Assembly (NCBI RefSeq): GCF_006345805.1
Contig: NC_043003.1
Coordinates: 117,428,001 to 117,492,000 of the forward strand
Origin: Octopus sinensis
Lineage: Eukaryota
Reading direction: 5' to 3'
Length of the DNA: 64,000 bases
A model generated the notes under the pieces. The model was not told the origin of the DNA. It saw nothing but the letters and a program-made list of their open reading frames with translations, and did no database searches. The translations under genes were made by a program, and so were the position numbers. Shown here piece by piece: positions 1-12,084 of the stretch; the stretch's first letter is position 1, and each line of letters opens with the position of its first letter.

Positions 1-82
1 TGTGTATATATATTATATATATATATATATTAATGAAGTAGCATGAAACGATTGTACCACACTACCTTGGATATCCTTGTTG

Positions 83-120
<38 letters not shown>

Positions 121-123
<3 letters not shown>

Positions 124-388
124 GTTGTATACTGTCAACATAACGTGACAGTCACGTATGGAAATTACACCACTGCTGTTTAGCCCTAGGAAGCATCGAC
201 GTTTCTTGTCGGCTTTGACATATTTCCTGTGTCCTTATATTTGTGAAGGGGAGGCAAGCACCCCTACCAGCCAAGATTCACACCTGAGGACATGCATGTT
301 TCTGGGTCTTAACCCGTCATAAGGGCTAAACAGCGGTGGTGTAATTCCCATACGGGACCGTCACGTTATGTTGACAGTATACAACCAC
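121..388. mobile_element. MITE with ~67-bp terminal inverted repeats next to (TA)n
   Basis: 121-187 gtggttgtatactgtcaacataacgtgac...tagccct is the reverse complement of 322-388 with about 4 mismatches; non-coding interior. Confidence 0.8.
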
Positions 389-440
389 TCTATCGCTCCA
401 CCACCGATCAAGTCTCTTTGAGACATTTAGAAATTTAATA

Positions 441-476
<36 letters not shown>

Positions 477-479
<3 letters not shown>

Positions 480-960
480 TAAATAAAAGAATGGAGTCGA
501 ACGAAGATGTTAGCAAAATTCCTTTACTCTCGACATATGTTTCGAAGACAGCATAGTTTCATTCCAAAGGAATAAAGGGTGCAAGATGCAATCTTCTCAT
601 CGTTTTGTTCATCATGTAGGCAGTCATCGAAATTTTTGTTTGTCTTGATGTTGAGAGAGGCTCCCTTTCTTTCCTGGTGAGAAGATTGCATCTTGCACCC
701 TTTATTCCTTTGGAATGAAACTATGCTGTCTTCGAAACATATGTCGAGAGTAAAGGAATTTTGCTAACATCTTCGTTCGACTCCATTCTTTTATTTATTC
801 ATATATAACACAAATTTCTGCACATGAACCCGGAGTTTCTACCCTTGGACAGGTCGCTTCAACTGTGTTTCTGATGTGAATTTGCTACCCTGGTATCGGT
901 TCATCGAATTTTCCATGCTGACGGTAAAGATAGGATAATTCATTCACCTATCGAAATTAT
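477..960 (+). mobile_element. Foldback hammerhead element 1 (Penelope-like pLTR derivative or retrozyme-like)
   Basis: 477-599 is a perfect 123-bp inverted repeat of 678-800; HHR motif at 664-756; tail motif tttgctac..ggtatcggtt shared with the element at 16247-16694; (TA)n on both sides. Confidence 0.75.
664..756 (+). ncRNA. Type I hammerhead ribozyme motif with one core substitution (CUGGUGA)
   Basis: Stem I ctttc(669-673)/gagag(746-750) extended by ccttt/aaagg; core CTGGTGA 674-680; stem II GAAGA/TCTTC with 43-nt loop; GAAAC-ATAT-GTC, palindromic stem III; predicted cut after 745. Confidence 0.75.
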
Positions 961-961
961 A

Positions 962-1015
<54 letters not shown>

Positions 1016-1060
1016 TAATATATATATATATATATATTAAGTTGCTGCACGTATATATAT

Positions 1061-1838
1061 ATGTCGGCAGCGAAGAAACGGAGGTGGGTGAGGAGCTCGC
1101 CATTGATGTTAACACTGCCTTGCCAGTCGATGCCTCTTATGATCTGCTCGAGACATGCGGTGAAAAGTTTTGGGGAGATCGTATCTCCTTGCTTCACTCC
1201 CTTCTCGACCGGCACTCGTGCGGGTGATGACAGCAGTAGGTCTCAAGATGAACCGCATGAATACGAAGTTCATGCGGTCAGACAACGTAATGGAATATGT
1301 ATACCTGGGACAAGAAGTGAATATGTGACGAGATATCGAAAAGGAGATCTCACGGAGAGTAAGGGCCGGATGGAAGGCGTTTAATGGCATAATGGGTGTG
1401 CTCAAGGGAAGGTTGAGCAGGACCACCCGCGCCAACGTCATCAACAGTACAGTTCTACCTGCAATATTATATGGTAGTGAAACATGTGCTACCACAAAGA
1501 GAGAAGAGAAGAGACTGGTAACGGCTCAAAGAGCCATGGAAAGGTCAATGCTTGGTATCTCGTTGAGAGAGCACATCAGTAGCGAGGTCATCAGAGAGAA
1601 GTCCGGCGTGAGGGATGTCATCGCAGAGTATACACGCAGCAAGTTTTGATGGACTGGACGCATCACCCGGCTCGAGCGGAAACGACCACCCGGAAGACCT
1701 CCACGATGGTGGAGTCACGATTTCAGGAGAACGATTGGGATCACGTGGATGAGAAAGGCGCGATCCAGAGAGGAGTGGACAGCGTGCTGTGATCAGCGGT
1801 GTCAAATGGACGCCCGACGGACTGGTCAGTTAAGGTGA
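1061..1838 (+). mobile_element. RTE-clade LINE 3' fragment (RT C-terminus) with inverted 5' segment
   Basis: Minus 1061-1225 encodes PVEKGVKQGDTISPKLF...HLRFFAADI (RT motifs); plus 1227-1838 encodes GLKMN..YVYLGQ..ISRRVRAGWKAF..LPAILYGSET..AQRAMERSMLG with internal stops; flanked by (TA)n. Confidence 0.9.
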
Positions 1839-1877
1839 TATATATATATATGGGGGATGTTTGTGTGTGTATATATG

Positions 1878-1939
<62 letters not shown>

Positions 1940-2844
1940 TTATGTATGTATATGTGTGTGTGTGTACATGTATGTATATCGATATATATGTGGGGTAGGG
2001 TGTAAACAGAGAAAGAAACCTTCAGTAAATCTAATTATTATTTTCAAAAGTGAAGCACCTGCAAAATCCTTGGTTTTTTCCGAAACTTATGTAAATTTTC
2101 TCTTTAGGAATTCGAATGTCTGGTTATGTTTTAATTGCCATGGTCAGAGAGTTTTTTTTTACTTTTATTTCTTTGTTTCTACTTCAATTCCTCCATTTTA
2201 ATTTGGTTCCCACTTAAAATTTTGTTCATGCAATTTGCGGTCTTAATTTCATTTGATATCATTTTTATCTTATTTATATTTTTTATATCTTTGTTGATGA
2301 TTTTTGTCTAATGCTTTACAGTAGAGGCCCCACATCTCTTGGAAGCAATTATCTTCTTTTATTTCTGAGTTAAAAAACCGACTGAGTATCGTTTTTTTTT
2401 ATTTTCTTTCCTATTTTCGCCATTCCGTTAACGGATTGCGCCTGTTGACTTTCTCCACAAGCACCCTATAATTTTTTCGGCTATGGGCACAAGGGCTTGA
2501 AACTTTGAGTGGAAGAGTGGCTTGACTGCAATTTTATTTTAAGGACCCCTTAAGAATGAAAGTCAAAGTTGATCTCGGCGGTATTTGAACTAAGAACGGA
2601 AGGAACTAGAAGATGTGCAGCTAGGCATTCTGTCCGATATGTTAATGGTTCTGCCAATTTGCCGCCTTCAAACGCCATATAATTCTGGTGGCAATTTCAT
2701 GGGAAACTATAATTTTGGTTTGCCGTTGATTTTATCCTGCAAATTTTCACAAGCCACCATCTTGTCCGTCAAATAGAGACACGCCCTCCACTCGTAGCTA
2801 TACGGTGAGAAACAAAAGAACAGGAACAAGTTTCCGTAATCTCT

Positions 2845-3005
2845 TATATCTTACTTGTTCTTGACATTGGACTGCGGCCATGCTGGAGCAAGAACTGAAA
2901 GGGTTTTTATCGAATAAAATGACCCTAGTACCTATGTTTGGTACTTATTCTATTTGACGCTCTTGTCGAACCGTTAGGATGCGAGGTTGTAAACAAACCA
3001 ACATC
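2845..3005 (-). mobile_element. SINE family B, degenerate 3' fragment
   Basis: gactgcggccatgctggagc and the tacttattctat motif match the B 3' end. Confidence 0.6.
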
Positions 3006-3059
3006 GCATTCCCGTGTTTTATTGGAAAGCCACACAGATGAATGTGCTACGTAGTCTAA

Positions 3060-3740
3060 TTCAGGAACTTACGCTTTACGAGTTCGGACTGGTCCATAAA
3101 GCCGCGGGCAGAAGCAACCAAAAACATTTGTTGTGCGAAAGGTGAAGGCGCACGATAAGACAAGGTCAGGTCGGCCAAGAAACTGTGAACTTCGAGGCCG
3201 TGTTACAAGGCATAGAAACGAATCTGGCAAAAAGTACTCGAAGGGCATCTGGTGAGCTCGGCATCTCACGGATGTATGACACTGTGCTGCAAAAATATTC
3301 GGCGTTGGTTAACAGAAAGCTAGCTCTTCTGCAGCAGACCCAGAATAAACTCCAGAAACTGATGTCACACTCACCATATAGTCCAGACCTAGCTTCCACA
3401 GATTATTGCTTGTTCCGATCCATAGGTCACTTCTTGTGCTCGACACGCTTCACCAAACAAAGGAGAGGTCAAAACTACTGTGCAGGAGTTCTGCGTCTCG
3501 GACAAGAACTGGTATCAGCATGGGATCGAAGAACTGGCAGAAGAGTCGCTTCAGACGGTGCAACATGATGGCCTCTACTTTGGATGCCAGGCTGCTATTG
3601 TTGCAACGGAGAGAAAGGTCGCTTCAGACGATGCAATACGATGGCCTCTAATTTTGGATGCCAGGCTGCTGTTGTTGTAACCTGAAAAATAAAGCAAATG
3701 TTACCAAAATATTGCGAAACTTTTGACTAAACACAATAAA
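3060..3740 (+). pseudogene. Internally deleted mariner transposase remnant
   Basis: N-terminal YEF..HKA..ATKNIC and RSGRP-like motifs; HSPYSPDLASTDYCLFRS resembles the mariner YSPDLAPSDY motif; ~70-bp tandem duplication at 3545-3680. Confidence 0.8.
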
Positions 3741-4294
3741 AACTATTACTAATGCGTCAGAATCGAGAAGCTATGAAAAGGAAAAAAAATCACGGAATTT
3801 TAAAGATAAAAAAAAAAATTGCAGAATTAGCTTCTATTAACAGAAATGGATACAGTTTTATTTTTATCGATAGTTAATCTAAAAGCAGTAAAAACTTCTG
3901 GTATTTCTATACGACCACAATAGATTGGTTGTGACAGCACATTCTGGCGCTAACGAATTGAATTCCGCACTTCTGATAAATCTGGTGTTCTTTAAATATC
4001 GATGGCAGTTTGAATAAGCTTCCGCAAAAACTAGTTGTTCCACCTTTCTGCAAAATATTACTAAAAGTGACTGAAGAAATATATCCAGCTTCAGAATTAA
4101 AACATTTCGAAAACAAATTGAAATCTATCGTTGTCGACGTCGTTGCCGTCGACATTTCTATTATTGTTGCATATACCCCGATCGGTGCAGACCTGCTTTA
4201 TAGCATCTACGTTCCAGCCGTGCTCATACTGACTAAAGTCGGTCTACCATTATCTTTCACTCCTTTCAACCATTTAACTACAGATATGCTAGCT

Positions 4295-5045
4295 AGGAAG
4301 TTGTCTTGGAGAGTTTTAGTTCGACAGATCGAGCACAGTCTGGAGCTTATTCTATCGGTCTCTTTTACTGAAACGCCAAGCTACGGAGACGTAAACAAAC
4401 CCAAATTGGTTGGCAAGCGCTGAATCGGGACACAGACGCAAAGACAAACACACACACACGCACACACACACACACACACGACGAGCTTACACAATTTCTG
4501 GCTACCAAATTCCTTTGCAAGGCTCTGGTCAGCTCGAGACTATTTTAGAAGTGGAGGCGCAATGGTCCAGTGGTTAGGGCAGCGGACTCGCGGTCATAGG
4601 ATCGCGGTTTCGATTCCCAGACCGGGCGTTGTGAGTGTTTATTGAGCGAAAACACCTAAAACTCCACGAGGCTCCGGCAGGGATGGTGGTGATACCTGCT
4701 GTACTCTTTCACCACAATTTTCTCTCACTCTTACTTCCTGTTTCTGTTGTACCTGTATTTCAAGGGGCCGGCCTTGTCACTCTCTGTGTCACGCTGAATA
4801 TCCCCGAGAACTACGTTAAGGGTACACGTGTCTGTGGAGTACTCAGCCACTTACACGTTAATTTCACGAGCAGGCTGTTCCGTTGATTCGGATCAACCGG
4901 AATTCTAGTCGTCGTAACCGACGGAGTGCTTCCATCCATCCATTTTAGAAGATACTAGCATAAGGTGCCCAGCAGTGAGACTGAAACTCAAATAAGGCGA
5001 TTGCCAAGCGAGTTTTTTAACCACAGAATCTTGCGTCTGTGCCTA
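4295..5045 (-). mobile_element. SINE family B interrupted by a SINE A insertion
   Basis: B motifs cttattctatcggtctcttt, gacgtaaac and ggtcagctcgagacta..tagaaga..aaggtgcc..gcagtg lie on both sides of the 4551-4941 insert. Confidence 0.65.
4551..4941 (+). mobile_element. tRNA-derived SINE family A, full length
   Basis: A-box/B-box head tggtccagtggttagg...ggtttcgattccc; near-identical copies at 22315 and 46549; 9-bp TSD attttagaa (4542-4550/4942-4950). Confidence 0.9.
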
Positions 5046-5836
5046 TGATAAGAATCCAATGTGGCTGCTATTTCTAGTAATACTACAGAATATGTATAAG
5101 TGTATTGCGGAATCGAGACCAGACTAGTCTAGAAATTTCCTCAAGAGATTGAAATCAATTCCTAGAAGTTCATACTAAAAACACTTCTTTTTCTAAATTC
5201 TTGGATGAATGAAAATATTTTTCTCTTCTCAATTGGCAAATTCTTCGAGAAGATCGCATGATAGATTCAGAGAATATTACTTGTGATCGATAAAGCGATT
5301 TGAAAGTGATAACCTAATTATATGGGTGCGTTGTACTTAATAAACCTGCACCGTATCACCGCCGCTTGTTATTATGTATAATATATTTTGCACATGCATC
5401 CCCGCCGCTATAAAACAGAGTACACGTTAAAAACATCAATATATTACGGAAATAATTCTGTGAATTTTGTGGAATTAAATAAAATGTTTTCAGAGATAAT
5501 GAAATTTAAACTTCTTTGAACATAGACAGATTATAGCGTTGAAGTTTAAATCAAAAACATTTAAAAGGAAGGTTAATATTATTTACAAAAACTTAAAGAG
5601 TTTGAGAGAGAGAGACTTGATTTCTGGAAAAAACAAGTAGCCGGAAGGAAGTTTTAAAAGCTTACAAAAATATCGAGAGGAGGAGTTGTAGAATATATTG
5701 ATGAGAAACAAAAGCGGATTTGATTTTGTTTTCTTTTTCTAATTTTAGTATAAGTAAAGGAAGTTCCTGTTTTATCTCTCTGAAAACTTCAACCATTTTA
5801 AAAGTGATCCAGTTTGTTGATCAGAATTATCTATAT

Positions 5837-6018
5837 CAGTCGTTCTTAACCATTTTAACATTCAGGCCCCATCCAATACTTGGACATCAAGAAAAAATTA
5901 AAACATAAGTGAATTAAAGAGAAATTTATTATATTTATAGATAGAAGACCGTCGATATTCGCTGGAAGGATGTTTGAGGGACGCACGCGGTCCTAGAAGC
6001 CGCGGTTGAGAATCGCTG
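5837..6018. mobile_element. hAT-type MITE (~180 bp)
   Basis: TIRs cagtcgttcttaacc / ggttgagaatcgctg resemble CAGTGGTTCTCAACC; imperfect 8-bp TSD atctatat/ttcaatat. Confidence 0.55.
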
Positions 6019-6696
6019 TTCAATATCATCAGGGTTAATAATGGCATGTCTTGAAACAGCATCAAGATTTCACAATAAATCTTTACCAAATTTTTCAGAA
6101 AAATTTAGATGCGACACAGAAAAAGCAGTAGCAAAAAATTGTGGAGTAACACAGAATAGTGACAGGAAGGAGATGTAGAAATACTGAAAGTTGTGATAGA
6201 GTAGGAATGGTAGTGTCACATTTAGAAAGGTTGACAATCTCTCAGACCAACTATTTGTTTTTTTTTCATCTTCTTTCAGTTATACATTGACATATACACA
6301 CATACATACACACACACACAAGTTAATTAAGTTTCACAAAGAGATGTTTCAACATATTCAGTACCATCGCAAAGCCGAGTAACTTGGCAAGCATGTGGGC
6401 AGAAGCGTACATATATAAGATCATACGCTTATATACATAGAGAGAGCAAGAAAAGAGAAATGGAGTAAAAACGAACAGACATTCAAACATAAATCTGTAA
6501 AACTCTGTGTGTGAGTGTGTGTGTGTGTGGTGTGTGTGTGTGTGTGAATGTGTGTGTGTGTGTGTGTGTGCGTCTATTTACATAGACATGGGTAATATGT
6601 TGCATATTAGTAGGTAGAGAGAGGGAGGAAGAATTATATATATACGAAATTAAAAAGGAAAATACGCACATTTACATAGTTTTAATATAATTTTTA

Positions 6697-6733
6697 ATAT
6701 ATCGACCGGTTTCGCTATCGCTATTCATGATAT
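6697..6733 (-). ncRNA. Decayed minimal type I hammerhead motif
   Basis: Minus strand atatc ATGAATA GC-GATA-GC GAAAC CG GTC gatat: stems I-III and GUC site intact, core has 2 substitutions relative to CUGANGA. Confidence 0.5.
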
Positions 6734-7024
6734 TATGTTTTACTTATTTGAATATGTATTTTTTCTTAAGAAGAAATTTTGTCCATGCTGTGTGTGATGA
6801 TATTTACGAGTGAATGACTCTACAAGTAGATAAATAAGGGGAGGTAATTGGTTATCGTTATTATTGTTGTGGGTAAGGGAGATAACTGTTCAGCTAAATG
6901 GAGAGAATATATATGTTCAGACAAAAACAAGTTTTGAAAACCTTGTATAGTGAGGGGATTTATGTACAGTGAGGTAATCTTGAAATGCACGCATAACCGA
7001 CTGTCATCTTTTTACATATTTCAA

Positions 7025-7370
7025 TACTTTCCAGGAAGTATCCGAATCCTCGGAACTTTCCAGGAAGTATCCAAAAGCACGGAACTTTCCAGGAAGTATC
7101 CGAATCATTGGCACTTTCCAAGAAATAATTTCCCTAATCCTAGGAATTTTCCTGGAAGTATCCTAGTCTCCGGAACTTTCAAGGAAGTGATTTTCCCTAA
7201 TCCTTGGAATTTTCCATGAAGTATCCTAATCCTCGGAACTTTCCGGAAAGTAATTTCCATACTCCTCGGAATTTGCCAGAAAGTATCCTAATCCTCGAAA
7301 CTTTCCAAGATATAATTTTCCATAGTCCTCGGAAATTTCCATGAAATGCCCTAATCCTCGGAACTTTCCT
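7025..7370. repeat. ~29-bp minisatellite (ggaactttccaggaagtatcctaatcctc variants)
   Basis: About 11 degenerate tandem copies seen directly. Confidence 0.85.
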
Positions 7371-7383
7371 AAAATACTTTTTC

Positions 7384-7957
7384 TTAAAATATTGCAGCTA
7401 AGGATAAAATTTGAATATTTGAAATAATTTGATTATAATTTACAAAGTAAGATTATAAAGTATTCGCTAGAATACTTTGAAAATGAGAGCAGAAGTACCA
7501 ATATAGCTAGAGTTTTATGAAAAATAGAATATTATATATGGTAGACAAATTCATTATGTAAAAAATAGGCAATGGGTCAAGACTAAAAATGTGAAGACTT
7601 GGCAATAACTTAGGCAATAACTCAAGCAAATTTTACTGTGAATTTGTCGTTATAAGTAAATTTTTCTGTAATATATAACTAGTTTTTGTATCACTATATT
7701 TATTGTACTGACTAATTATGTACTACTATTATTTTTATAACCTATTTTCAAATTTCTAAATATTAATTAATAATTAAGAAAATTAAATTTTTTAAACTAC
7801 AAACATATTTTAATTGTGCTATTTTTTTTATTTTTAGTCGATGAAACAAGTAATAATAACTAGAATAATAACTTGTAATAATTTTTAAGTTTTAATAAAA
7901 GCTAATATTTTTCTAAATATTATATTTGAAAATTTGTCCTTAGCCGCAATATTTTAA
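7384..7957. mobile_element. AT-rich TIR element (MITE-like) with TTAA at both ends
   Basis: ttaaaatattgcagctaaggataaaattt (7384-7412) versus aaatttgtccttagccgcaatattttaa (7930-7957). Confidence 0.55.
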
Positions 7958-8269
7958 CTACAAATTTTCTTGTTCTGTACTTTACCAGATGTTATAGGTT
8001 GTACTGAAATACGAACAAGTTCAAGGTTGAAAGTTCAAGGTTAAAAACGTATAGACGTCATGGTATATTTTTTAAGGATTTCACATCAATAATAAAGTCA
8101 CTTTGATCCGTGAAAGAGAGGTGCAGCCAGGGCAAGTATCCAGGAGGTAAAGAAAATCCAATGCAAAGGTAAGAGTTGATAGTGGTGTTGGTAGAATATA
8201 GGATAAAAGTGAGACCACATGAGCGCGTGATATATAACGGGAGGCTTTATGAAAATAAACAAAAGACGA

Positions 8270-8475
8270 AGGTAGGTGGAGAAAAAACAAACAATTGTAT
8301 TAGTATGGCGCTCAGGAATAGAAATAAAACAAGTCTTTTACGTTTCGAGCCTACGCTCTTCAAAAGAAAGACACACAGAAAAGAAACACGGAGAAAAACA
8401 AGGTGAGAAAAAAATTCGTGCAGGAGCTAACGAATCAACATGGCGGTCTGATTTCGGCCAGAAGCCAGAGATCAG
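8270..8475 (-). mobile_element. Penelope-like pLTR fragment
   Basis: Homologous to 53900-54120, which lies downstream of a GIY-YIG remnant; contains an HHR-like motif. Confidence 0.6.
8333..8372 (-). ncRNA. Minimal hammerhead-like motif with variant core
   Basis: gtcttt CTTTTGA A GAGC-GTAG-GCTC GAAAC GT A aaagac: 6-bp stem I, 4-bp stem II, ACGT palindromic stem III. Confidence 0.55.
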
Positions 8476-8487
8476 ACGTGAAACGCA

Positions 8488-8559
<72 letters not shown>

Positions 8560-8730
8560 GTATGTATGTATGTATGTATGTATGTATGTATGTATGTATG
8601 TATGTATGTATGTATGTACGTATGTATATATGTATGTACGTATGTATGTATGTATGTATGTATGTATGTATGTATGTATGTGTGTATGTATGTATGTATG
8701 TATGTATGTATGTATGCATGCATGTATTTA
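8488..8730. repeat. Compound (TA)n-(TATG)n microsatellite
   Basis: Seen directly. Confidence 0.95.
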
Positions 8731-8955
8731 TGTGTGCAGATTCGTACGTTTTGCTTTATGTGTGTATCCTCATGCATATAGCTGCTTATCTAGAGTTGGT
8801 CATATATACTTAAATAATAAACTTCTGAAAAGTTTTATCGACTTTTACAGTTCCAGTCATGGATTGGATCTGCAGTTTTCGAATTAGCTTTCTCATTTCT
8901 GGTTTTGAGAATGTTAAGATTGATATTTAGGCAGTCTGTTACACATCCCAGGGCC

Positions 8956-8958
<3 letters not shown>
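8705..8958 (-). mobile_element. RLE-type non-LTR retrotransposon 3' end running into (CATA)n
   Basis: Minus strand IGALGCVTDCLNINL...RKLIRKLQIQSMTGTVK..KTFQKFII* plus 3'UTR, homologous to 50400-50645. Confidence 0.75.
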
Positions 8959-9045
<87 letters not shown>

Positions 9046-11502
9046 TATATGTATCTATGTATCTATGTATGTATGTATGTATGTATGTATGTCTTCATGT
9101 ATGTATATATTGAATATACGTATGTATATCCCTTGAGGGGCCAAGTTCAAAAGCAGTTATGTACGGCCACATAGAATAAATGTTTTTTTTGTATTAATGA
9201 TTATGGATTAAATATTTCGTAGCATATGTATATTTATTTATGTACGTACAAATAGATATAATTGTGAGTGTATACAGACATATTTGCGCATGTGTGGTCT
9301 TTTGTCAAACGACACAAACTTTACGCTAATATGATAAATAGGTCGTCATTAATTTTGCGTTTCAATCTTTGTTATACGAATCATTGAAACTTGAAACAAA
9401 TTTACATGATTAAAAAGTTATTTAGCGAGTTTTTAAAAAGCGAATTTATGCCTCATTAAGCCACTGGGACGTTAGGAAAGCTAAGGAAATAGTTTTCATT
9501 TCTACGCTATCCACTCCAGGCCCCAGGAGACGATTTTGAAATTATTGGCGCTGGCTAAAGAAATAGACATCAATTATATATAGAGAGTTGTTATTGCTAA
9601 AAACAGAATTCTGTTTAAATATTTAACAAATGTATATTTACAGCGTAATGTTCAGCATGCCCATAGTCAAATATTTGGAAATAGGAAAATTGTCTTTTAA
9701 TTATGCCACAAGGCTAGAAATTGTAAAGGAAATTTATGGATATTAGTGCTTAACTGGAGGGTTTAAAGAGTGAATTGATAGGGTTCTTAGGGAGCTAGAT
9801 AGAATGTCTTGTTCTGATTTCCAACAACTCGCCTCCAAAGCGAAATGTAGCTTATCTTCTTATTCTAAAATGTACGTTCTTTTTTAACTAAATTCACCAC
9901 CTCAAATTTTCAGACTTGCATTTTCTCCCAACCTGCTCCAGAATTACACTCTTTGTATGTACGAGGGATTGTACTCCTTGTATATCCCTCGTACATACAA
10001 CCTGCTGCACACACACAAACACACGCACTCACTCATTCACTTATCATGCACACACCTTCCATTCGACCACTACTCATACTTTCACACCTTTCCGCTAGGC
10101 AGGTATACACATTCATTCTCACCAATATTCATCTTCCATATTTTCTCGTTCACGCACGCGCAGACCGTCATACAAACCCACACGCATTTACACACTTCTC
10201 TTTGCACATGCGCGCACATATACCTCTGTTCTCCTACCACGCTCGTTTCTTTGACAAACACATCGGCAGGCGGTTACAAGCCAATCTACATCGGTTCGGG
10301 CTTTGCATACACTCATGCATACGTCTCCACCCTGTCCACCACACCCACGTCTATATGCACACACACACACACACATAAACGTACACTCACACACACACAC
10401 ACAGACTGGTTCGCGGACGCACATTTATCCACTGACACATACACATCCTTCTGCAGGCAACCATTTCTGTTTGACAGCAGCGAATCACACCTTTGTTTTA
10501 CCCCTCATCTTTTGCATCCCCCACGCTTTAGCTTGCTACCACCTACAGACACTACTACTACTACTTCTGCTGCTTCCCTCCCTTTAATCTCCAATATTTG
10601 AAAGAAGATAAAGTCTCCTTATGTCGCCATCTTTTTATATTACGTGCATCAAATAGTTTCATCCATGTCCGACGCTTGTTTAAACCTGTTCAACAATTAT
10701 TTCTCTCTCGTCGTCTTTACCAGCTTCTCATCATTCAAATCTTTTCTATAGATTTTTATCAGTTTCTTGCCTTTCTTCGGACACCCCGTCAAACATTTTG
10801 CGAGTGATGCCTATATTTTCTTGCGATTTTCTTCCACGATTTCTCTCTTCACAGAATTCACACACAATCTCTCTCTTCTTCTCACGCTTTCATATTTTAT
10901 AATAGTTTCAAAATTTCCTCCTTCATAAAACATTCCACACTCTTAAGTTATCTTCTACATGCGTCTACCACATCCTCAACATTTCTCTTGACGTCCCATT
11001 TTCTTGGTCAACATTTTTACCCAACATGTCTACCCACCCTTCTCACATATAAACACTGTCTTACCACCTATCTAACGATCATGCACACACAGCAGGCAAA
11101 AACGAGACGGCTACCGCTCATATTCTATTGGCAGTTAAGTTTCCAGGTGGACATCAATGGGTTCGCAAATATTTTTGCTTCCTTCGGGACTCTAACCGTT
11201 TGATCAATCAGAAATGTGAATATTTGAGTTACGATTTGAGAAGCTTCAACCTGTAATAATAAAAACACTGTGTCAATAACAAGATCATAGTAATATGACG
11301 AAAAATGTTGATACCACTTGAAACATTATAATTCAAAGCTAAAATTTAAAGCCAATGTAATAGCTTTGTGTACTATTAATCGTGGTTTCTCCACGACATA
11401 GTTGGTATAACACACATGCACACACATACACACACACACAGGTGTTTGTACGTATATGTATTAATGTATTATTTGTGTGTATATATATATATATATATAT
11501 AT

Positions 11503-11772
11503 ACTAGCAGTATCGCCCGCATTTTTATAGAGTTACTTCCCTTATATAACCCGAGCAAAAATCATTAAAAATGCGGATAAATTATGGTAATTTTTTTAAA
11601 TCATAGACTCATCGTAGACGCGCGCTAATACCCAGAAGAGCTCGATATGAATGACGACTATAAGATACCCGCTTTTGGTTAAACTGCACCGCAAAATGTG
11701 GGAGTAGTTAGGAATCTAAATCGGAGGAGACAGAGTCTCACACACACAACTTCAATTTTATATATGAAGATA
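11503..11772 (+). mobile_element. Non-autonomous Helitron/Helentron-like (Lep1/DINE-1-like) element, internally deleted
   Basis: Starts actagcagtatcgccc, ends (CA)n-caacttcaattttatatatgaagat; second copy at 51425. Confidence 0.6.
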
Positions 11773-12038
11773 TATATAATTTAGAGAAAAAGCACTATTA
11801 AACAATTCAATAAAGATGTTATTCGCACCATATAGAAAACATATACTATAAAAATACTTATTTTAAATCAATAAAGTACAATAAACAGTAAATAGCAGTA
11901 GTGTGTGCATGTGTGTGTGGTTAGGGTATTTGGCTTACAATCATAAGGTTGTGCGTTCGATTCCCGCCTGTGCGTTCTATCCTTGAGCAAGTCACTTTAT
12001 TTCCCTGTGAGTTTTGCAATTATATTCTCTACTACTAC

Positions 12039-12084
<46 letters not shown>

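Noticed and set aside
3907-4423. Overlapping opposite-strand ORFs in unique sequence
   Set aside because: No recognisable motif; the plus ORF runs into a SINE; cannot be supported as an exon without homology or RNA data.
4551-4625. tRNA-like sequence (also other SINE heads)
   Set aside because: A/B boxes continue into SINE bodies with TSDs; no complete cloverleaf, so not tRNA genes.
5130-5700. Possible degenerate hAT transposase
   Set aside because: Only vague similarity across many stops; no diagnostic motif could be read.
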